This document shows positions 60,349 through 64,000 of a stretch of DNA of 64,000 nt, piece after piece. The notes under the pieces are model-generated. The model had not been told where the DNA came from. It saw only the letters and a list, made by a program, of their open reading frames with translations, and did no database searches. The stretch covers positions 18,910,001 through 18,974,000 of the forward strand of contig JBHGNT010000014.1 in NCBI GenBank assembly GCA_043228905.1, in the 5' to 3' direction. Made by a program: the position numbers and the translations under genes. The DNA is from Azolla caroliniana. Its lineage: Eukaryota; Plantae; Polypodiophyta. Every line of letters begins with the position of its first letter. Position 1 is the first letter of the stretch.

Positions 60349-63300
60349 ATGCTCACATTGTTCCCAAACTTGAATTTAATTGATTCCTCTTCTTTGTCCT
60401 CCAGCTCGCCCACTAATAACGCTTCTCGTCTTGTCATCAGAGATAATAGTCTCCACCGAAGCACAATCAAACTCGTCTCGTCTTCTTCGTCTTTCTTTTA
60501 TCCCAGAAGAAGGTCTCCTTCGGCAGCTACTTGTATCACATATTCTTCATATAGGCGGATCTCCAGAGAAGTCTCCACAATGGGTAAGTGATTATCCATT
60601 TAGATTAGATCTAATTGTCTAAGTTAGCATCTTTACACGTGCCCTCTATTTTCTTGCATGTTTATATAAGTGGAGTCTCCGTATGAGCATAGATATTAAT
60701 CGTACTTGAATGGAGTCAAATTGGCCAAAGATAGTGAGTCATGGAAGATTTATGGTCTTGGACATGGACCCAGATAATAATATTATGTGGAACCAGTCAA
60801 GACAAACATAGTCATCTCCACTCATGCATCTTGTTGCGTGGTCAATGTTTCTTTGTATATGGACTAGTTTCTTGCTATGCGTGAATGAATATATATGCTA
60901 ATGTAGTTAATTAAGCCAAAGATAACTGGGCGACAGGATTTGTATGGCTGTAGGATACATATGGTTCCTATCATACATTGATGGAGTTAACCACTTCAAG
61001 GGAAGGCCAATGGAGCAATCTGGATATCTTTGTTCTTAGATATAGGCCGGTTGTGAGGTAGTGTGCATTCTTACACTAAATGGGGATAACAAGCTGCCAT
61101 GATCAGGCACAGTTTGGGATAGCTATTTTTGTGGATATAGACATAAACTAATGGAGGTAATTAGGCCATAGATAGGCGAATCAAACATTGGGCTAGGCAC
61201 AGTCTAGATTAATGTTATCTTTTGGACCTAGAGCTTTGATTATATGTCTCATAAGGTATTCCTTATCTTTTGGACATAGGCCTTCCGTTGATTGGTATAA
61301 ATAAGGAATCAGGATCATGAGCTCTCATTTAATAATACATTGATGGAATCAATTAGGCCAGAGATATTTGATTAGTGATTAATTATTGTGGGTCAGGCAT
61401 AAACTTTATAATTGTGGCCTTTTGGACATAGTCCTAGGATTAACTGATTTAAGGCCTCATGATCTATTGTGTAATCATACATTAATGGAGGCAATTTGGT
61501 GAGAGATAGGCCAATGGGGCATTTGATCAGGCATTGCATGGATAGCTATGGTCTTTGATGTAGACATAGACCTTCTCTAATTTTTTATTAATCATTCTTT
61601 AATTAAGCTCAATCATTGATTAGATACTAAAATTCTTACAAGTTCTCTTGACAGCTTCTGAGAATCCATTCGGCTACACATTGACTGACCTGCCCAATCC
61701 AGAGGGTGGGAGCTATGGCAAATACTTTAGCATCACAGCTTTGAATGATCCTCGCACAGGTAAATCCCCCCACCCCCCCTCCCCCCCAAAGAAAAACAAC
61801 CAACAACAACAACAAGAAGAAGCTAGTTTTTTCCTTCCCAATGCACACTTTAATTACTGTAAATCGCAACAATCGTGAAAGAGTGCATTTATATATTTTC
61901 TGTTTGGATCTTCGGTGGTATAGAGACTCTTCCATTTTCCATCAAGATATTGTTAGAATCCGCAGTAAGGAATTGCGACAATTTCCAAGTGATGAAAGAG
62001 GATGTAGAGAAAATCCTTGATTGGGTAAATACTGCACCAAAACAAGTTGAAATACCTTTCAAACCTGCCAGAGTTATTTTACAGGTTAGTCCTTTTTTAT
62101 TGTTAAACTATCTTGTCCATTGGAAAAGGGCTTCTGTATGACATAAAATTGAAATTGGAGTTTGTATTATACCATAACCTAGTTTTGATTGAGTCTAATG
62201 CATTGAAACAGGTCCTGTATGTAAGGTGTCCTTATATACCCTATTCTGACATAAATGCTTATGGATTTATACCAAATATACCCAGAAGTGTTTCTTATTT
62301 CTTTACAGGATTTTACAGGAGTTCCAGCTGTTGTTGACCTTGCGGCAATGCGAGATGCCATCAAAAGGCTAGGAGGGGATGCAAACAAAATAAATCCTTT
62401 AGTGAGTGCTTATATATTCTGCTATTTATCTTTCTTACCAAAAGTAAATTGCATAAACGGACATACATATGCATGCATATAAATTTGTAGATGTTAAAAT
62501 TTTCTTGCCAAATTGAATTCGTATATCCTGATATGATGTCTTTGCAAAAAAAAAATTCTGTGTTGTCATGATTTGTTAATATACAGGTACCTGTTGATCT
62601 TGTCATTGACCATTCTGTCCAAGTTGATGTTGCACGAGTGGAGAATGCTCTCCAAACAAATATGCAGTTTGAGTTTGACAGGAACAAAGAGCGATTTGCC
62701 TTTTTGAAGTGGGGGTCGGGTGCGTTTAAGAACATGCTTGTTGTTCCTCCTGGATCGGGTATCGTGCATCAGGTAAAGCACTCAAAGAGTTCATGTTTAT
62801 TAGTTTCTTATGCCTGATAATGGAACATCAATGAATGGGCCATTGTGGTAGCATTAAATTGCAAAAACCATTTGTATATTATTGGCACACTTGAATGGAA
62901 ACATCTTGTTGATTGATGTAATGGGATTTCAAGAGGGTTTAATCTACGGCAAGATTGGACACCGGCTATTGTAATGGATAGGTGAATCTGGAGTATCTCG
63001 CCAGAGTGGTCTTTAATAAGGATGGATTTCTTTACCCGGATAGTCTTGTTGGCACGGACTCTCACACCACAATGATAGATGGGCTTGGGGTTGCTGGATG
63101 GGGAGTTGGTGGTATTGAAGCAGAGGCAACAATGCTTGGTCAAGTAAGTTGACATTGTTAATTGTAGTTCAATGCTTGCGAAAACAAGTTAGTTTCTACT
63201 AACCAGTTGTGTGTATATAATATTACTAGCTGGCATATATCTGATGCTTATGGTTGTGCAATTTGGAAATTTCTTGTAGCCCATGAGCATGGTCCTTCCT

Positions 63301-64000
63301 GGTGTTGTGGGTTTTAAATTGAATGGAAAATTACAGACCGGGGTTACGGCAACTGATTTAGTACTAACAATCACCCAAATGCTTAGGAAACATGGGGTAG
63401 TTGGCAAGTTCGTGGAGTTCTACGGTATTGTTTAAACACTTTCTTAGCAATAATTCAACTGCGTTATCCTTCTTGATTGCATTTTCCTATGGTATGACAC
63501 GAGTCTTATTAAAATGCAGGAGAAGGAATGACTGCATTGTCACTAGCAGACCGTGCCACAATAGCAAATATGTCTCCAGAATATGGAGCGACAATGGGCT
63601 TCTTCCCAGTTGACCATGTAACGTTACAATACCTAAGGTTAACAGGAAGAGATGAAGAAAAGGTTTGTTTATCTACAGCTGATTCTGTGTGTTTCAACTG
63701 TGCTGGTACTTCTTTCACATAAGCTAAATGAGTGTTTTCAAGTAGGTTAAGATGATTGAGGCATACTTACGTGCCAACAAATTGTTTATTGACTACAATG
63801 AGGTTAGAATTTGAATTTGAATATTTTTGTTCTTGTTAACTAAGAAAAACAGTTTGAGTTGAGAACATTGTTGAGTTGCAGCCTATAGTAGAGAAGACAT
63901 ATTCATCGTACCTGGAGCTGGATCTTGCAATGGTAGAACCTTCTGTTTCCGGACCTAAACGGTAATTGTAAAATGGAACATAAGGGGAACTAAGTAGCAG
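60349..64000 (+). CDS. ACO: Aconitate hydratase (AcnA/IRP-type plant aconitase), 5' part; runs off the window
   Basis: Exons: 60349-60583, 61655-61759, 61924-62084, 62309-62401, 62587-62772, 62982-63143, 63280-63424, 63520-63662, 63746-63802, 63882-63961. Motifs: [100 protein letters not shown]. Confidence 0.97.

Overview
Eukaryotic, intron-rich plant nuclear DNA. It is most likely a fern or another seed-free plant, inferred from a plastid insertion that carries un-edited psbN codons and from the gene and transposon content. I reconstructed four host genes by hand from GT-AG junctions and reading-frame phase. (1) A 64-aa GPI-type arabinogalactan peptide (+, 2690-2884). (2) A 12-exon BRAP2/RING/ZnF-UBP E3 ligase, BRIZ-like (-, 6221-14248). 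(3) An apparently intact 24-exon, ~1762-aa four-domain (4x6TM) voltage-gated cation channel (-, 20728-52390) with an all-acidic E-D-D-D selectivity filter, an EF-like domain and an IQ motif. Flowering plants lack this channel class, and it is the most interesting object in the window. (4) The 5' part of aconitase (+, 60349 to the window end). Between and within the genes lie a small psbH-psbN plastid insertion, four hAT-like MITEs, many RTE-like and L1-like LINE fragments, LTR pieces, a Bianca-like Copia element just upstream of the channel, microsatellites and a 100-N assembly gap. All calls come from reading the sequence; no searches were run.
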